From an uncultured delta proteobacterium (GTDB lineage Bacteria > Desulfobacterota > Binatia > Binatales > Binataceae), in assembly GCA_963743865.1 (NCBI GenBank), contig CAVURG010000006.1, forward strand, positions 2,368,107-2,432,106: DNA of 64,000 nucleotides, in the 5' to 3' direction. Each line of letters starts with the position of its first letter. The stretch's first letter is position 1. This document shows, in pieces, positions 26,834 to 36,887 of the stretch. The translations under genes and the position numbers were made by a program. The notes under the pieces are model-generated. The model saw nothing but the letters and a program-made list of their open reading frames with translations. It was not told the origin of the DNA and did not search any database.

Positions 26834-26963
26834 GATTGCTCAACTCCTCCGAATTTAGATTGGTACCATACTGGCAGTCATGGGGAAAGACGGCAGTTCA
26901 GTAGCATTCCGAAAGATCGCAGAAAGCACCGCTTTCCACAGCGACGACGGTCCGCCGCAAGCG

Positions 26964-28400
26964 TTAGTGGGCACCCTTGCGCCGCAACACTGCCGGAACG
27001 GTCCGCAACAATATCTCGAAGTCTTTGCCGAGCGACTGGTCGCGGATGTATTCGAGGTCCAATTCGACCCGCTTCTGGTACTCCGCGATCTCGCTGCGGC
27101 CGCTGACCTGCCAATGGCCCGTCATCCCTGGTTTGGCGGACATGAAGAGCATCGCTAAATCGCCGTATTGAAGCGTCTGAGCAGGCTCGACCGGGCGCGG
27201 CCCGACCAGGCTCATTTCACCGCTCAACACGTTGAATAGTTGCGGCAGCTCATCGAGGCTGGTGGCACGCAGAAAGCTCCCGAGCGGAGCGAGGCGCGGA
27301 TCTTCGCCCTTGGGAAGCTTGAAATTGTTTTTCAGGAATTTGGCGTACAAGGCCGGCGAGTCCTTCAGTGTCTGCTCCGCGTCGGCGCGCATGGTGCGGA
27401 ATTTATAAAAGGTAAAGGGTTTTCCGTTGAGACCCATGCGGCTCTGACGAAACAGCGCAGGGCCCGCCGAACTCAATTTAATTGCGACCGCGATTGCGGC
27501 CATTACCGGCGACAGAACGATTAACAACAGCGCCGAAACGACGAAATCGACTGCGCGCTTAACGGCCGCCTGAACGGGGGTCAGATCACCTTTGCTTACC
27601 GAAAGCACCGGAATCCCCGCGATGTCGCCGAGCGACTGGCGGAACAGCCTCGTATCGAGCAGGCTGGGTATGATGTGGACGGACTTGCCTTGCTTGAGAA
27701 GGGTGAGCATGCCTTCCGCACTCGCCGGGCCGTCGGCCCCGTCGTTCACACCGACGAGGTAAACATCATCAATCTCCTCGAGCGAAGCGGACTCGAAGCC
27801 GCCGCCAGACTCCGCCCGATTGCCGTTGCAATCAACCGCCCGCTTCGCCGGCTGAACGCCTACCCACTGATAACCCATGGGATGCGCGGTGGTCAGAAGT
27901 CCCGCGATGCGCTCGCAGGTTGCCTCGTCGTCGCCGATCACGACCGCAGTCCGCCACTTATGCGCGGAGCGTCGCAGGCTGCGCAACAGAAGCACAGTTC
28001 CCAGTTGCCTGAAGAAAATGAGAACCATCGACGCGGCAATGAAATAACCGGTGAACTGCCGGCTCAGATATTGAAATTTCAGTGCAAAGATCGCCGCAAT
28101 GGTTACGAGGGACCAGACCAGCAAAGTTTGTATCAACCCGCGAACAAGGAAATTGAGGCGCTCCGTACGGTAGGGTCGATAGGTTCCCGTGTATGCGGTC
28201 AGCGTCAGCCAGGACAGGATCGCGAGGATTAAAAGCGCCGAATATTGCGATTGTGCTTCAGAAGCCCCACCATGCGGGAATACCTGAATCCTGCCCCAGT
28301 GCATCGCCAAGGCGATCTCTGCGGCCAGAAGGTAGCCGACGAAAATACAAATTGCGTCGGCAACTCGCTCCGCCACTTCCCTGCTGTTTTGCGGATTCAA
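26964..28400 (-). CDS. polyprenyl-phosphate sugar-1-phosphate transferase (EPS priming enzyme, WbaP/EpsB type)
   Basis: It has an N-terminal multi-TM region. The C-terminal half reads [29 protein letters not shown]...[12 protein letters not shown]...[37 protein letters not shown], the bacterial sugar transferase signature. Confidence 0.9.
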   Translation of the reverse strand: MNPQNSREVAERVADAICIFVGYLLAAEIALAMHWGRIQVFPHGGASEAQSQYSALLILAILSWLTLTAYTGTYRPYRTERLNFLVRGLIQTLLVWSLVTIAAIFALKFQYLSRQFTGYFIAASMVLIFFRQLGTVLLLRSLRRSAHKWRTAVVIGDDEATCERIAGLLTTAHPMGYQWVGVQPAKRAVDCNGNRAESGGGFESASLEEIDDVYLVGVNDGADGPASAEGMLTLLKQGKSVHIIPSLLDTRLFRQSLGDIAGIPVLSVSKGDLTPVQAAVKRAVDFVVSALLLIVLSPVMAAIAVAIKLSSAGPALFRQSRMGLNGKPFTFYKFRTMRADAEQTLKDSPALYAKFLKNNFKLPKGEDPRLAPLGSFLRATSLDELPQLFNVLSGEMSLVGPRPVEPAQTLQYGDLAMLFMSAKPGMTGHWQVSGRSEIAEYQKRVELDLEYIRDQSLGKDFEILLRTVPAVLRRKGAH

Positions 28401-28715
28401 CGTAACCCCACCGCCGGTGTCGTTCCGGCATCGCGAGCCTTCGGGCAGCGGTCTCCTAATTTCGCCCTAGAGCTTCAATCAGTCGTTTCTTTCGCCCCAA
28501 GCCTCACAGTTCTAGCCGTGTTACGAGTTTATTGTCAAACTGTGCAAAACCTGAATACTGCCGCGTCCAACCCGGTGCATCATTTGGGTAGTTTGCCCGC
28601 CAGATGATTGGCCAATTTGCGTTTGTGTCGGCCGGCTTCACAGATTGTTGTTCTTTTGGGAACGGCAGAATTCGGCTTGACTTAATGTCCGCTCGCCAGT
28701 TGGAGTGATTTCTGC

Positions 28716-29309
28716 ATGCCACGCCTCTCAGCAGTCCTAGCAGTGATTCGAGACCAAGGGCTTCTGAGGCTGCCACGCCTCGCGCTCGATTCCCTGCAGC
28801 TCCTCGACTTTCACATTTTCGAAATCAATCGCGGAGACCTGCTGGCGCCGCTTCCGGTACCCGACGGCGTCACGATGTATGCCGACTCTCTGGATCGGCT
28901 CAAGCGCGCTCGCGAAAAGACCGACTTGCCCAATGAATTTTGGCGTGACGAGCTCAACCGGGCATTGCATTGCGCGACGCTGGAGCTAAACGGGGAAATA
29001 GCAAGCGTGCTGTGGATATACGATTATCCGGCCGAGCGTCCCATAATCGTTTTGGAACCCGGTGCGGCGGAATTAACGACGACATACACGCTGGAAAAAT
29101 TCCGTGGCCGCGGACTCTATCGCGCTCTGTTGTGGTTCGCGACCGAATGGCAACTGCGCGGGCGTTCGCGCCTTTTTATGGTCGTCGACAGCCACAATCA
29201 AACCCCGATGAAGGCGGTCCACCAGGTCGGATACCACCAGGTCGGCGTGATCCGGCGTCGCGCGATACACGGACCGAAGTTTTCGATTGCGAAAATGAAG
29301 GCTGATTAG
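28716..29309 (+). CDS. GNAT-family acetyltransferase (putative)
   Basis: FRGRGLYRALLWFATEW fits the GNAT acetyl-CoA-binding R/Q-x-x-G-x-G/A motif. Confidence 0.5.
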   Translation: MPRLSAVLAVIRDQGLLRLPRLALDSLQLLDFHIFEINRGDLLAPLPVPDGVTMYADSLDRLKRAREKTDLPNEFWRDELNRALHCATLELNGEIASVLWIYDYPAERPIIVLEPGAAELTTTYTLEKFRGRGLYRALLWFATEWQLRGRSRLFMVVDSHNQTPMKAVHQVGYHQVGVIRRRAIHGPKFSIAKMKAD

Positions 29310-29386
29310 CAAGGTGGAATTTTGAAACGCCGCTAGCATCTTGATCGGTGATTGGATTCTAACCTCCACCTCGGTACCATCAGCTT

Positions 29387-31417
29387 ATGCTGAGATTGGT
29401 TCGTCGAGTGGTTGTTGCATTGTTGGTGGTCGCCGGCATCTCGATGATCACGCCGACCGGCTCGGGAGATTGTGACGGCTTCGTTACCGGAGGCCTCGAT
29501 GCGCCGGAAGCGGGGTACACTTTGGGGCCGAATCTTCTAATCAACGGAGATCTGCGCTCCGGACTTCAAGGCTGGAAGCTCAACCCTTCTTGCTTCAGCC
29601 TAGAAGGGCGCGCCGATTCCGTCAGTCTGCGGCTGCAGGAACCGTGCGCCAAGCCGGGCGCATCTGCCTGGAATGCTCTGAAATGCCCGCCCGGTTTGTA
29701 CACGATTTCAGCTGAAATAAAAACTCAAACAACCATCACCGGGCCGAAGCGGTCCGGCGGAACCCGAATTTGCCTGTGGGAAAATCCTGTCAAAAGATGG
29801 GCACCAACTAAGCCAGTTGTGGGCACCACCGACTGGACTACCGTGATGAAAGCGCACGCCGAGGTCGCCGATGGAAGCATCGGTTCCTTCCAAGCGGGAA
29901 CCGTGGGGCGGGTCGCTGGAACGTCATGGTTCAGAAAATTTTCGCTGCGGCGCGAGCTTCCTGCGCCGCTGGAAACCTTTCTGCTGTACCCGAACTATCG
30001 TGGAATGATGTTCAGCGATCAGAGCCACGTCGCGCGGGTTGCCATCGATGTTACCCCCCCTGCGGACACAACCATGGCGCAGCTTCATGTCGTGCTCGAA
30101 GTGACGGATCCGGGCGCAAAGGTGCTTTCAACCCATCGGCTGTCGCTGCCGGCGAACGGCTCGGCGGTCGCGACCATCGACATGGGCAGTCTTCCGCTTG
30201 GACAATACCGGCTACAGGGATATCTGGAAGGGTCCGGCGACAAGCGAATCTTCACGCAATCGCCCTACACGATCGTAAAGGTCAGCAGTGAGACGCGTGC
30301 CTCGATGAAGGCGTGGATCGATTCGGATAATATCATTCACATGGGCGGGCGCCCGCGATTTGTGATCGGCCTGTACGATACGACCGGCTATGCGCTTCGC
30401 CCCGATGCCTACACACCGCGATTGACGGGGATAGCCAAGGCGCCGATCAATCTGATGATAAATTATTTCCTCAACAACGGCAAAGCCGATGTGATCTATC
30501 CTTACACCGAGGCGATGGCGCCGTTCGGCATTTTTTACCTGGCGACCGTAACCACGTTTTCTCCGGAGAACCCCTGGTATCCGAGATGGGCGCAGGCGGA
30601 AAACGTCGGCCCGGACCAGGTGATCGCTCAATATAGTAAAGCATTGGCTGGCGACTCGCGTGTGGTCGGCTATTACACGTGTGACGAGTGCGCAAGCGAG
30701 CGGCAACCGCGGACATTCCATCAATACGGCCTGATCAAACAGAATGATCCGGCCAGCGTTGCTTTCGCGGTCGAAAATTATCCCAACGAATTTCAGTTCT
30801 GGCGCGACAGCGTCGATGCACTCGGCGTCGACCCGTACGTCATCGGCACCCGCCATCCTGAAAGCTATGTCGGCGATATGACCCGTGAGGTGATCGGTGC
30901 GGTGCATGGCGCACGGCCGGTGTGGACGGTGATCCAGTTTTTCAAGAACTGGACGCTGGCGCACTTTCCTACCGAGCAGGAACTCCATGACATGAGCTGG
31001 ATGGCGATCACCGAGGGAGCGCGCGGGGTGCTCTATTGGTCATACGGACTGCGCGGGCTCGACTGGGGCAAGGAGGGACCGATGGTTCGCCAGCAGCGCT
31101 ACGACGAATTGGTCAACGTAACGCGTGGAATCAGCGCGCTTGAGCCGGTCCTGCTCGCGCCGGACGGGCCTGTGCTCTCCGCAAACTCGGCTTCCGGCAT
31201 CGTGATTACCAAGGAGAAGGACCTCAAGGACGGAAGCCGTTACCTTATTTCGTACAATCACAGCGGTGACAGCATTGAAGCCCGCTTCACGCTGCGGCGG
31301 CCCGCTCGCGCGGTATCGGTATACGGCGAAAATCGCTCAATTGTGGTGGGCCAAGCCGGCTCTCAATTCAAGGACACTTACGCTCCATTTCAGGCTCATG
31401 TTTACAAGTTGAACTGA
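29387..31417 (+). CDS. secreted CBM-like + TIM-barrel glycoside-hydrolase-like protein (paralogue of 17811..20432, without linker or anchor-D domain)
   Basis: LINGDLRSGLQGWKL, VVGYYTCDECA, MSWMAITEGARGVLYWSYG. It is collinear with the paralogue along its whole length. Confidence 0.6.
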   Translation: MLRLVRRVVVALLVVAGISMITPTGSGDCDGFVTGGLDAPEAGYTLGPNLLINGDLRSGLQGWKLNPSCFSLEGRADSVSLRLQEPCAKPGASAWNALKCPPGLYTISAEIKTQTTITGPKRSGGTRICLWENPVKRWAPTKPVVGTTDWTTVMKAHAEVADGSIGSFQAGTVGRVAGTSWFRKFSLRRELPAPLETFLLYPNYRGMMFSDQSHVARVAIDVTPPADTTMAQLHVVLEVTDPGAKVLSTHRLSLPANGSAVATIDMGSLPLGQYRLQGYLEGSGDKRIFTQSPYTIVKVSSETRASMKAWIDSDNIIHMGGRPRFVIGLYDTTGYALRPDAYTPRLTGIAKAPINLMINYFLNNGKADVIYPYTEAMAPFGIFYLATVTTFSPENPWYPRWAQAENVGPDQVIAQYSKALAGDSRVVGYYTCDECASERQPRTFHQYGLIKQNDPASVAFAVENYPNEFQFWRDSVDALGVDPYVIGTRHPESYVGDMTREVIGAVHGARPVWTVIQFFKNWTLAHFPTEQELHDMSWMAITEGARGVLYWSYGLRGLDWGKEGPMVRQQRYDELVNVTRGISALEPVLLAPDGPVLSANSASGIVITKEKDLKDGSRYLISYNHSGDSIEARFTLRRPARAVSVYGENRSIVVGQAGSQFKDTYAPFQAHVYKLN

Positions 31418-32549
31418 TGGATTCTCGCGGGCGTTTGGACGCGAAAGCAGCTTAGACACTGCAAGTTCTACGGCTGTTTGCGAAAGTTCGCCATTCTTTC
31501 ACTTCCGATCAATAGTGCGCTATGGTTTTGATTGTCGGCGATTGCTGCCGGACCTATCGACATATCGATGAGCAACGGAACAGTATTGCGACTGCCCAGT
31601 TTCATTCATGTGGGCCCGCCTCGAACCGGTACAAGCTGGCTGCACGAGGTGTTGATGGGTCACATCGGTTTGCCGAGCGAAAAGGAAACGCGATTCTTCG
31701 AGGCTAACTACAACCGCGGAGTCGAGTGGTACTGCAACCTGTTCGGCGACTATCCGGCGGATGTTCCTGCGGGAGAGATGTGCCCCTCCTATTTCTCCGA
31801 TGCGGTCGCGCGGGACAGAATCAAGCGGCACATTCCGGACTGCAAAATCATTATCACTTTTCGCGAGCCAGCCGCCAGACTGTATTCGACGTATCGGCTC
31901 CTCCGCTCCAGGCGCTGGCCGGCGAATGATACGTTCGACGGATATTGGCGCTTTCAGATCAACTTCGGCGCGGATCTGTGCAGCTACGCGACTCAGCTTA
32001 AGCGATGGCAGGCGACATTTGGAAAACCCCGCGTGCTGGTGCTGTTCTACGAAAATCTAAATTCGAATCCGCAAGGCTACCTGGACACGGTCTGTGATTT
32101 TATCGGAGCACGCCGCATCCCGTTGGATCGATCCAGGGTCGGGAGCGCGAAGGTCCATTCGGCTCATGCCGGCGCCCGCCCCAGCGCGATTGCCAGGCGC
32201 ACGGTCGAGGCCGTCTTTTGGGCTTCCCGCCATGGCGCGCGCCCCTTAATCGAACTCGGGCGCCGCACTGCGCTGTGGAAGATCATGCGGTGGCCATTCG
32301 TCGAGGAGTTCCCGCCGCTCAGCGAGGAATCGGCCGACGAGGTTCGCGCGATGATGCTCCCCGAAACCGAGGAGCTTGAACGAATCACCGGGAGGGACCT
32401 CTCCCACTGGAAACCCCTCGCGCACGGCAAATTTGACTATGGTCGCGCCGACGTCCGCTCGCAGGCCGGATAGCAACTCGATGAAGCCGACGCAAGCGGA
32501 AAAGGCGAAGCCGCTCGTCAGCATCATAATTGACAATTTCAGCTACGCA
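31353..32549 (+). repeat. 1.2-kb direct repeat, copy 1 (3' 65 nt of the hydrolase-like gene, the sulfotransferase gene and the first 69 nt of a GT2 gene)
   Basis: By-eye alignment with 33401..34598. The offset is 2048-2049 nt, and the last 570 bp or so appear identical. Confidence 0.9.
31532..32473 (+). CDS. sulfotransferase (PAPS-dependent family), copy 1
   Basis: FIHVGPPRTGTSWL is the 5'-PSB loop. ITFREPAARLYSTYR is the 3'-PB motif. Confidence 0.8.
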   Translation: MSAIAAGPIDISMSNGTVLRLPSFIHVGPPRTGTSWLHEVLMGHIGLPSEKETRFFEANYNRGVEWYCNLFGDYPADVPAGEMCPSYFSDAVARDRIKRHIPDCKIIITFREPAARLYSTYRLLRSRRWPANDTFDGYWRFQINFGADLCSYATQLKRWQATFGKPRVLVLFYENLNSNPQGYLDTVCDFIGARRIPLDRSRVGSAKVHSAHAGARPSAIARRTVEAVFWASRHGARPLIELGRRTALWKIMRWPFVEEFPPLSEESADEVRAMMLPETEELERITGRDLSHWKPLAHGKFDYGRADVRSQAG

Positions 32550-32552
32550 TGA
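32481..32552 (+). pseudogene. 5' fragment (23 codons) of the GT2 gene found intact at 34530
   Basis: It reads MKPTQAEKAKPLVSIIIDNFSYA*. It is identical to the start of 34530..35660 up to the repeat boundary. Confidence 0.8.
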
Positions 32553-32590
32553 TCTTGTCGAATTAGCGAGAGTGAGCTACCAGAGGCGCC

Positions 32591-33391
32591 ATGCAGAAGG
32601 ATCTGATCTACGATGTGGGCTTTCACCGCGGGGAAGACACCGAATTTTATCTGACCAAGGGGTTCAAGGTCGTGGCTATCGAGGCGCACCCCGCACTTTA
32701 TAATGCGGGTCGCCAGAAGTTTGCTCACGACATCGAATCCGGATGCCTGGCGCTGCTGAACGTTGCCGTCGCGGAAACTTCCGGTCCGATCAGTTTCTTC
32801 GAGAGTGACAACGACGTTTGGGGAAGCATCCGGCGCGATGCCGCCAAGCGTAACGAGCGGCTGGGCGCTGGATGGCACGAGATCACTGTCGAAGGCAGGC
32901 AGTTTGCCGAGATCCTCCGCCAGTTTGGCATTCCATACTACATGAAAGTGGACATCGAAGGCGCCGATTTGCTGTGTCTGAAGGCTCTCGCGGAGTTCGA
33001 CGACCGTCCCGAGTATATTTCGATCGAGGCGGAAGTAGATGTTCTCTCCGGTATCCGCCACGAAATAGCGGCCTTAAGTGGTTTGGGCTATGCTAAGTTC
33101 AAGATCGTCCGACAGGGCCATGTGCCACTTCAGTGCTGCCCCTTTCCGGCGCGCGAGGGACGGTTCGTCGAGTATAGGTTCCCGTATGGTTCAAGTGGAA
33201 TGTTCGGCGAAGAGGCTCCCGGCGAGTGGATTAGTGGCGACCGAGCGGTCGAGGAATACCGCAAAATTGTTCGGGTCCAACGACTCTTCGGCGACAAGGG
33301 ATGGATTCGCCGGCTTCCGCTCGGCAACAGAATAACCAACATCTTGCGGCCGGATGTGAGCTGGTACGATACGCATGCGAAGCGCGCTTAG
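32591..33391 (+). CDS. FkbM-family methyltransferase
   Basis: LIYDVGFHRGEDTEFY...AVAETSGPISFF...YYMKVDIEGADLLCLKAL. Confidence 0.75.
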   Translation: MQKDLIYDVGFHRGEDTEFYLTKGFKVVAIEAHPALYNAGRQKFAHDIESGCLALLNVAVAETSGPISFFESDNDVWGSIRRDAAKRNERLGAGWHEITVEGRQFAEILRQFGIPYYMKVDIEGADLLCLKALAEFDDRPEYISIEAEVDVLSGIRHEIAALSGLGYAKFKIVRQGHVPLQCCPFPAREGRFVEYRFPYGSSGMFGEEAPGEWISGDRAVEEYRKIVRVQRLFGDKGWIRRLPLGNRITNILRPDVSWYDTHAKRA

Positions 33392-33400
33392 ACCGATGCA

Positions 33401-34598
33401 TCAAGCCGGCTCTCAGTTCAAGGACACTTACGCTCCATTTCAGGCTCATGTTTACAAGTTGAACTGATGGATTGTCGCGGGCGTTGGACGCGAAAGCAGC
33501 TTAGGCACTGCAAGTTCTACGGCTGTTTGCGAAAGTTCGCCATTCTTTCACTTCCGATCAATAGTGCGCTATGGTTTTGATTGTCGGCGATTGCTGCCGG
33601 ACCTATCGACATATCAATGAGCAACGGAACAGTATTGCGACTGCCCAGTTTCATTCATGTGGGCCCGCCTCGAACCGGTACAAGCTGGTTGCACGAGGCG
33701 TTGATGGGTCACGTCGGTTTGCCGAGCGAAAAGGAAACGCGATTCTTCGAGGCTAACTACAACCGCGGAGTCGAGTGGTACTGCAACCTGTTCGGCGACT
33801 ATCCGGCGGATGTTCCTGCGGGAGAGATGTGCCCCACCTATTTCTCGAATGCGGTCGCGCGGGACAGAATCAAGCGGCACATTCCGGACTGCAAAATCAT
33901 TATCACTTTTCGCGAGCCAGCCGCCAGACTGTATTCGCTGTATCGGCTGATCCGATCGTCGCCTCCTCCCGTGAATCATACGTTCGACGGATATTGGCGC
34001 TTTCAGATCGACTCCGGCGCGGATCTGTGCAGCTACGCGACTCAGCTTAAGCGATGGCAGGCGACATTTGGAAAACCCCGCGTGCTGGTGCTGTTCTACG
34101 AAAATCTAAATTCGAATCCGCAAGGCTACCTGGACACGGTCTGTGATTTTATCGGAGCACGCCGCATCCCGTTGGATCGATCCAGGGTCGGGAGCGCGAA
34201 GGTCCATTCGGCTCATGCCGGCGCCCGCCCCAGCGCGATTGCCAGGCGCACGGTCGAGGCCGTCTTTTGGGCTTCCCGCCATGGCGCGCGCCCCTTAATC
34301 GAACTCGGGCGCCGCACTGCGCTGTGGAAGATCATGCGGTGGCCATTCGTCGAGGAGTTCCCGCCGCTCAGCGAGGAATCGGCCGACGAGGTTCGCGCGA
34401 TGATGCTCCCCGAAACCGAGGAGCTTGAACGAATCACCGGGAGGGACCTCTCCCACTGGAAACCCCTCGCGCACGGCAAATTTGACTATGGTCGCGCCGA
34501 CGTCCGCTCGCAGGCCGGATAGCAACTCGATGAAGCCGACGCAAGCGGAAAAGGCGAAGCCGCTCGTCAGCATCATAATTGACAATTTCAACTACGCG
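33401..34598 (+). repeat. 1.2-kb direct repeat, copy 2
   Basis: See copy 1. It starts with an orphan copy of the last 65 nt or so (QAGSQFKDTYAPFQAHVYKLN*) of the 29387..31417 gene. Confidence 0.9.
33581..34522 (+). CDS. sulfotransferase (PAPS-dependent family), copy 2
   Basis: Same motifs as copy 1. It differs mainly in SLYRLIRSSPPPVNHTF against STYRLLRSRRWPANDTF. Confidence 0.8.
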   Translation: MSAIAAGPIDISMSNGTVLRLPSFIHVGPPRTGTSWLHEALMGHVGLPSEKETRFFEANYNRGVEWYCNLFGDYPADVPAGEMCPTYFSNAVARDRIKRHIPDCKIIITFREPAARLYSLYRLIRSSPPPVNHTFDGYWRFQIDSGADLCSYATQLKRWQATFGKPRVLVLFYENLNSNPQGYLDTVCDFIGARRIPLDRSRVGSAKVHSAHAGARPSAIARRTVEAVFWASRHGARPLIELGRRTALWKIMRWPFVEEFPPLSEESADEVRAMMLPETEELERITGRDLSHWKPLAHGKFDYGRADVRSQAG

Positions 34599-35660
34599 CG
34601 TTTCCTGCGCGCGGCCATCGACAGTGCGCTTGCGCAGAGCTATGCGTCGGTCGAAATCGTAGTCGTGGATGACGGTTCGACCGACAACTCCCGCGACGTG
34701 ATTTCGAGTTACGGTGACAAGGTGTCCGCGATTTTTAAGACCAACGGCGGGCACTCATCCGCATTCAACGCCGGATTTCGCGCGAGTCACGGCAGCATCG
34801 TGATGTTCCTCGACGCGGATGATTTGCTGCTACCGAATGCCGTCGACGAGGTGGTGCGGGCGTGGCATCCCGGAGTAGCGAAGGCGCAATTCGTTCTGGC
34901 CCATATCGACGCGGATGGGCGCGCGCTCGGAGGAACCGTTCCATATTCCCCGGCGCAGATGCCGGAAGGTGACATCAGGGCGTCAATACTCGACGCAGGC
35001 GGCTACGTGGGAGTTCCCACCAGTGGAAACGCGTTCGCGCGAACCGTTCTTGACCGCCTCCTGCCGTTGCCCGAGCCACAGTGGCATCAGGCAGCCGACA
35101 CGTCGCTTGAAATTATTGCGCCGTTCCTGGGCGAAGTCGTTTCGCTCAGAAAAACTCTCGGTTGCTACCGGATTCACGAGTCCAATCACGGCATGATGGG
35201 CGAGGAGCTGGATTCGCGCAAGCTGCGCGTCAAGATAGTCATCGATCTGCAGCGCGAATGGGCGCTATCCGAGTTCGCCAGCCAGTCAGGGTTCACAATC
35301 CCACGCAATTGGGCCGCGCGTGAACCAGCGCATCTGAAGTATCGACTGGCCTCATTGCGTTTCGACCCAAGCCATCATCCGATGATGGATGATCGGCCGA
35401 TGCGCCTGATGCTCATGGGAATGAGGGTCTCTTGGCATAATCCCAGATACAATCTTCGCAGCAGGCTCTTTCACACACTCTGGTTTTCGCTCGTCGCACT
35501 TCTGCCGCAGGCCGCCGCAGTGAAATTAATCCGGCTCGGACTGCTGCCCGGCCGGCGGCGCGCGAAGATTTTGGCGAAGGATTCGGTCTCGTCGACGCGT
35601 AGCGGCGACCGGCTGCGACGCGCGGCAGAGGGCGGCGAAGCCGGTCGCTCGGCCAAATAG
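34530..35660 (+). CDS. glycosyltransferase family 2
   Basis: The start is ATG 34530 (MKPTQAEKAKPLVSIIIDNFNYARFLRAAIDSALAQSYASVEIVVVDDGSTDNS...FLDADD). The track ORF start at 34425 overlaps the sulfotransferase gene. Confidence 0.85.
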   Translation: MKPTQAEKAKPLVSIIIDNFNYARFLRAAIDSALAQSYASVEIVVVDDGSTDNSRDVISSYGDKVSAIFKTNGGHSSAFNAGFRASHGSIVMFLDADDLLLPNAVDEVVRAWHPGVAKAQFVLAHIDADGRALGGTVPYSPAQMPEGDIRASILDAGGYVGVPTSGNAFARTVLDRLLPLPEPQWHQAADTSLEIIAPFLGEVVSLRKTLGCYRIHESNHGMMGEELDSRKLRVKIVIDLQREWALSEFASQSGFTIPRNWAAREPAHLKYRLASLRFDPSHHPMMDDRPMRLMLMGMRVSWHNPRYNLRSRLFHTLWFSLVALLPQAAAVKLIRLGLLPGRRRAKILAKDSVSSTRSGDRLRRAAEGGEAGRSAK

Positions 35661-35711
35661 CGGCCACCGCAACGCAAGCGATTAGCGGCCTTTGAACGGA
35701 CTTCGCGCCTC

Positions 35712-36887
35712 TCAAAGGCGCCACCGGCCGCGAGCCGCCAAAGCTTCGCGATATACCTCCTCATATTCCGTCGCGACCGACTGCCAGGAATTCTCCGCCT
35801 CGACTTTGCGCCGCGCTTCGCGCGAGAGCGATTCGCGCCGCGCGGGGTCGGCCAATAGCCGGGCGACCAAATCGCCGAATTTTGCGTCGTCATCCGCGAT
35901 CATCGCGTGCCGCCCGTCGATCAATGGCGTGCCGGAGAGGCTTCGCGATGTTGCGACTATGGGCGCGCCGGAAGCCATCGCCTCGAGAATCTTGTTTTTC
36001 ACGCCGAGTCCAAATCTCAGCGGACTGGCGTAAACGGCCGCGCTCCAGATCCACGGCCGGATATCGGCGACCGTCCCGGTGACGTGGATTCCGGGAAGGC
36101 TCGCCAGGTTTTGAACTCGCGCGGACGGCTGTGCGCCTGCGATCCAGAATGACGCGTCCGGGACCCGGTCTCGGATCGCCGGCATCAGATCGCGAGCAAA
36201 ATGTTCGGCCGCATCTTCATTAGGCATCCAGCTCATATTTCCGGTGAAGACGATTCGGCCCGCCTCTGGCGCCGGCCGGTACGCGAAATACTCAAGGTCA
36301 ACGCCGTTGGATATCACGGCGACGCATTGCTCGCTCACTGCGGGCGACAACGCCTGCGCGTCGAAGGGAGAAGTGACCACGACGCGGTCCGCGTATCCAA
36401 ACCATCGGAATTCCTGATACCGCGCCAGAAGCGAGAGCAGCTTGAAGCGAATCCGCTCTCGCGCCCCGGCGCTATAGCCGGCGAATTCGCGGTAGCGCAG
36501 CGCTCTGGAGTCATGCACGCAGAGAATTCCCGGCAATCCTCGCGTGGTCGAGCTAAGCAGCGCAGCCAATCCTCCGCCTTCGAGATGGAGCAGGTCCGGG
36601 CGCACGCGCGCGACCGCATCGCTGGTGAAGCGCGCCAGCGATGAATCGACGGCGCCGGTTATCGCGTGCACTTTGGCGCGGATTCCATTATCGGAACGAA
36701 AAATCGAGACGGAGCGGCAATAGGGGCGCGGCCATCCCAATTGCTCTTCGCTCTCATCCCCACGCGACAGCGCAATCAAGTGAATTTCGTGACGATCGAA
36801 CAGATTGCGAATCAGGTTTGCGGGTATCAGGCGGAAACCATCATGACTCGGCAGACAGGGGATCTCTGAAACGAGTAGAATCCTCAT
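35712..36887 (-). CDS. GT-B glycosyltransferase (GT4), resembling the PEP-CTERM/EpsH1-associated sugar transferase type
   Basis: IVFTGNMSWMPNEDAAEHF...KNKILEAMASGAPIVATS. It shares an ATGA overlap with the upstream gene. Confidence 0.75.
   Translation of the reverse strand: MRILLVSEIPCLPSHDGFRLIPANLIRNLFDRHEIHLIALSRGDESEEQLGWPRPYCRSVSIFRSDNGIRAKVHAITGAVDSSLARFTSDAVARVRPDLLHLEGGGLAALLSSTTRGLPGILCVHDSRALRYREFAGYSAGARERIRFKLLSLLARYQEFRWFGYADRVVVTSPFDAQALSPAVSEQCVAVISNGVDLEYFAYRPAPEAGRIVFTGNMSWMPNEDAAEHFARDLMPAIRDRVPDASFWIAGAQPSARVQNLASLPGIHVTGTVADIRPWIWSAAVYASPLRFGLGVKNKILEAMASGAPIVATSRSLSGTPLIDGRHAMIADDDAKFGDLVARLLADPARRESLSREARRKVEAENSWQSVATEYEEVYREALAARGRWRL

Noticed and set aside
32543-33061. 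172-aa minus-strand ORF opposite the FkbM gene
   Set aside because: It is antisense to an ORF with clear FkbM motifs and has no motifs of its own.
34425-34529. Upstream extension of the GT2 ORF (track start 34425)
   Set aside because: It overlaps the 3' end of the sulfotransferase gene. The identical 5' stub in repeat copy 1 and the MKPTQAEK start argue for ATG 34530.
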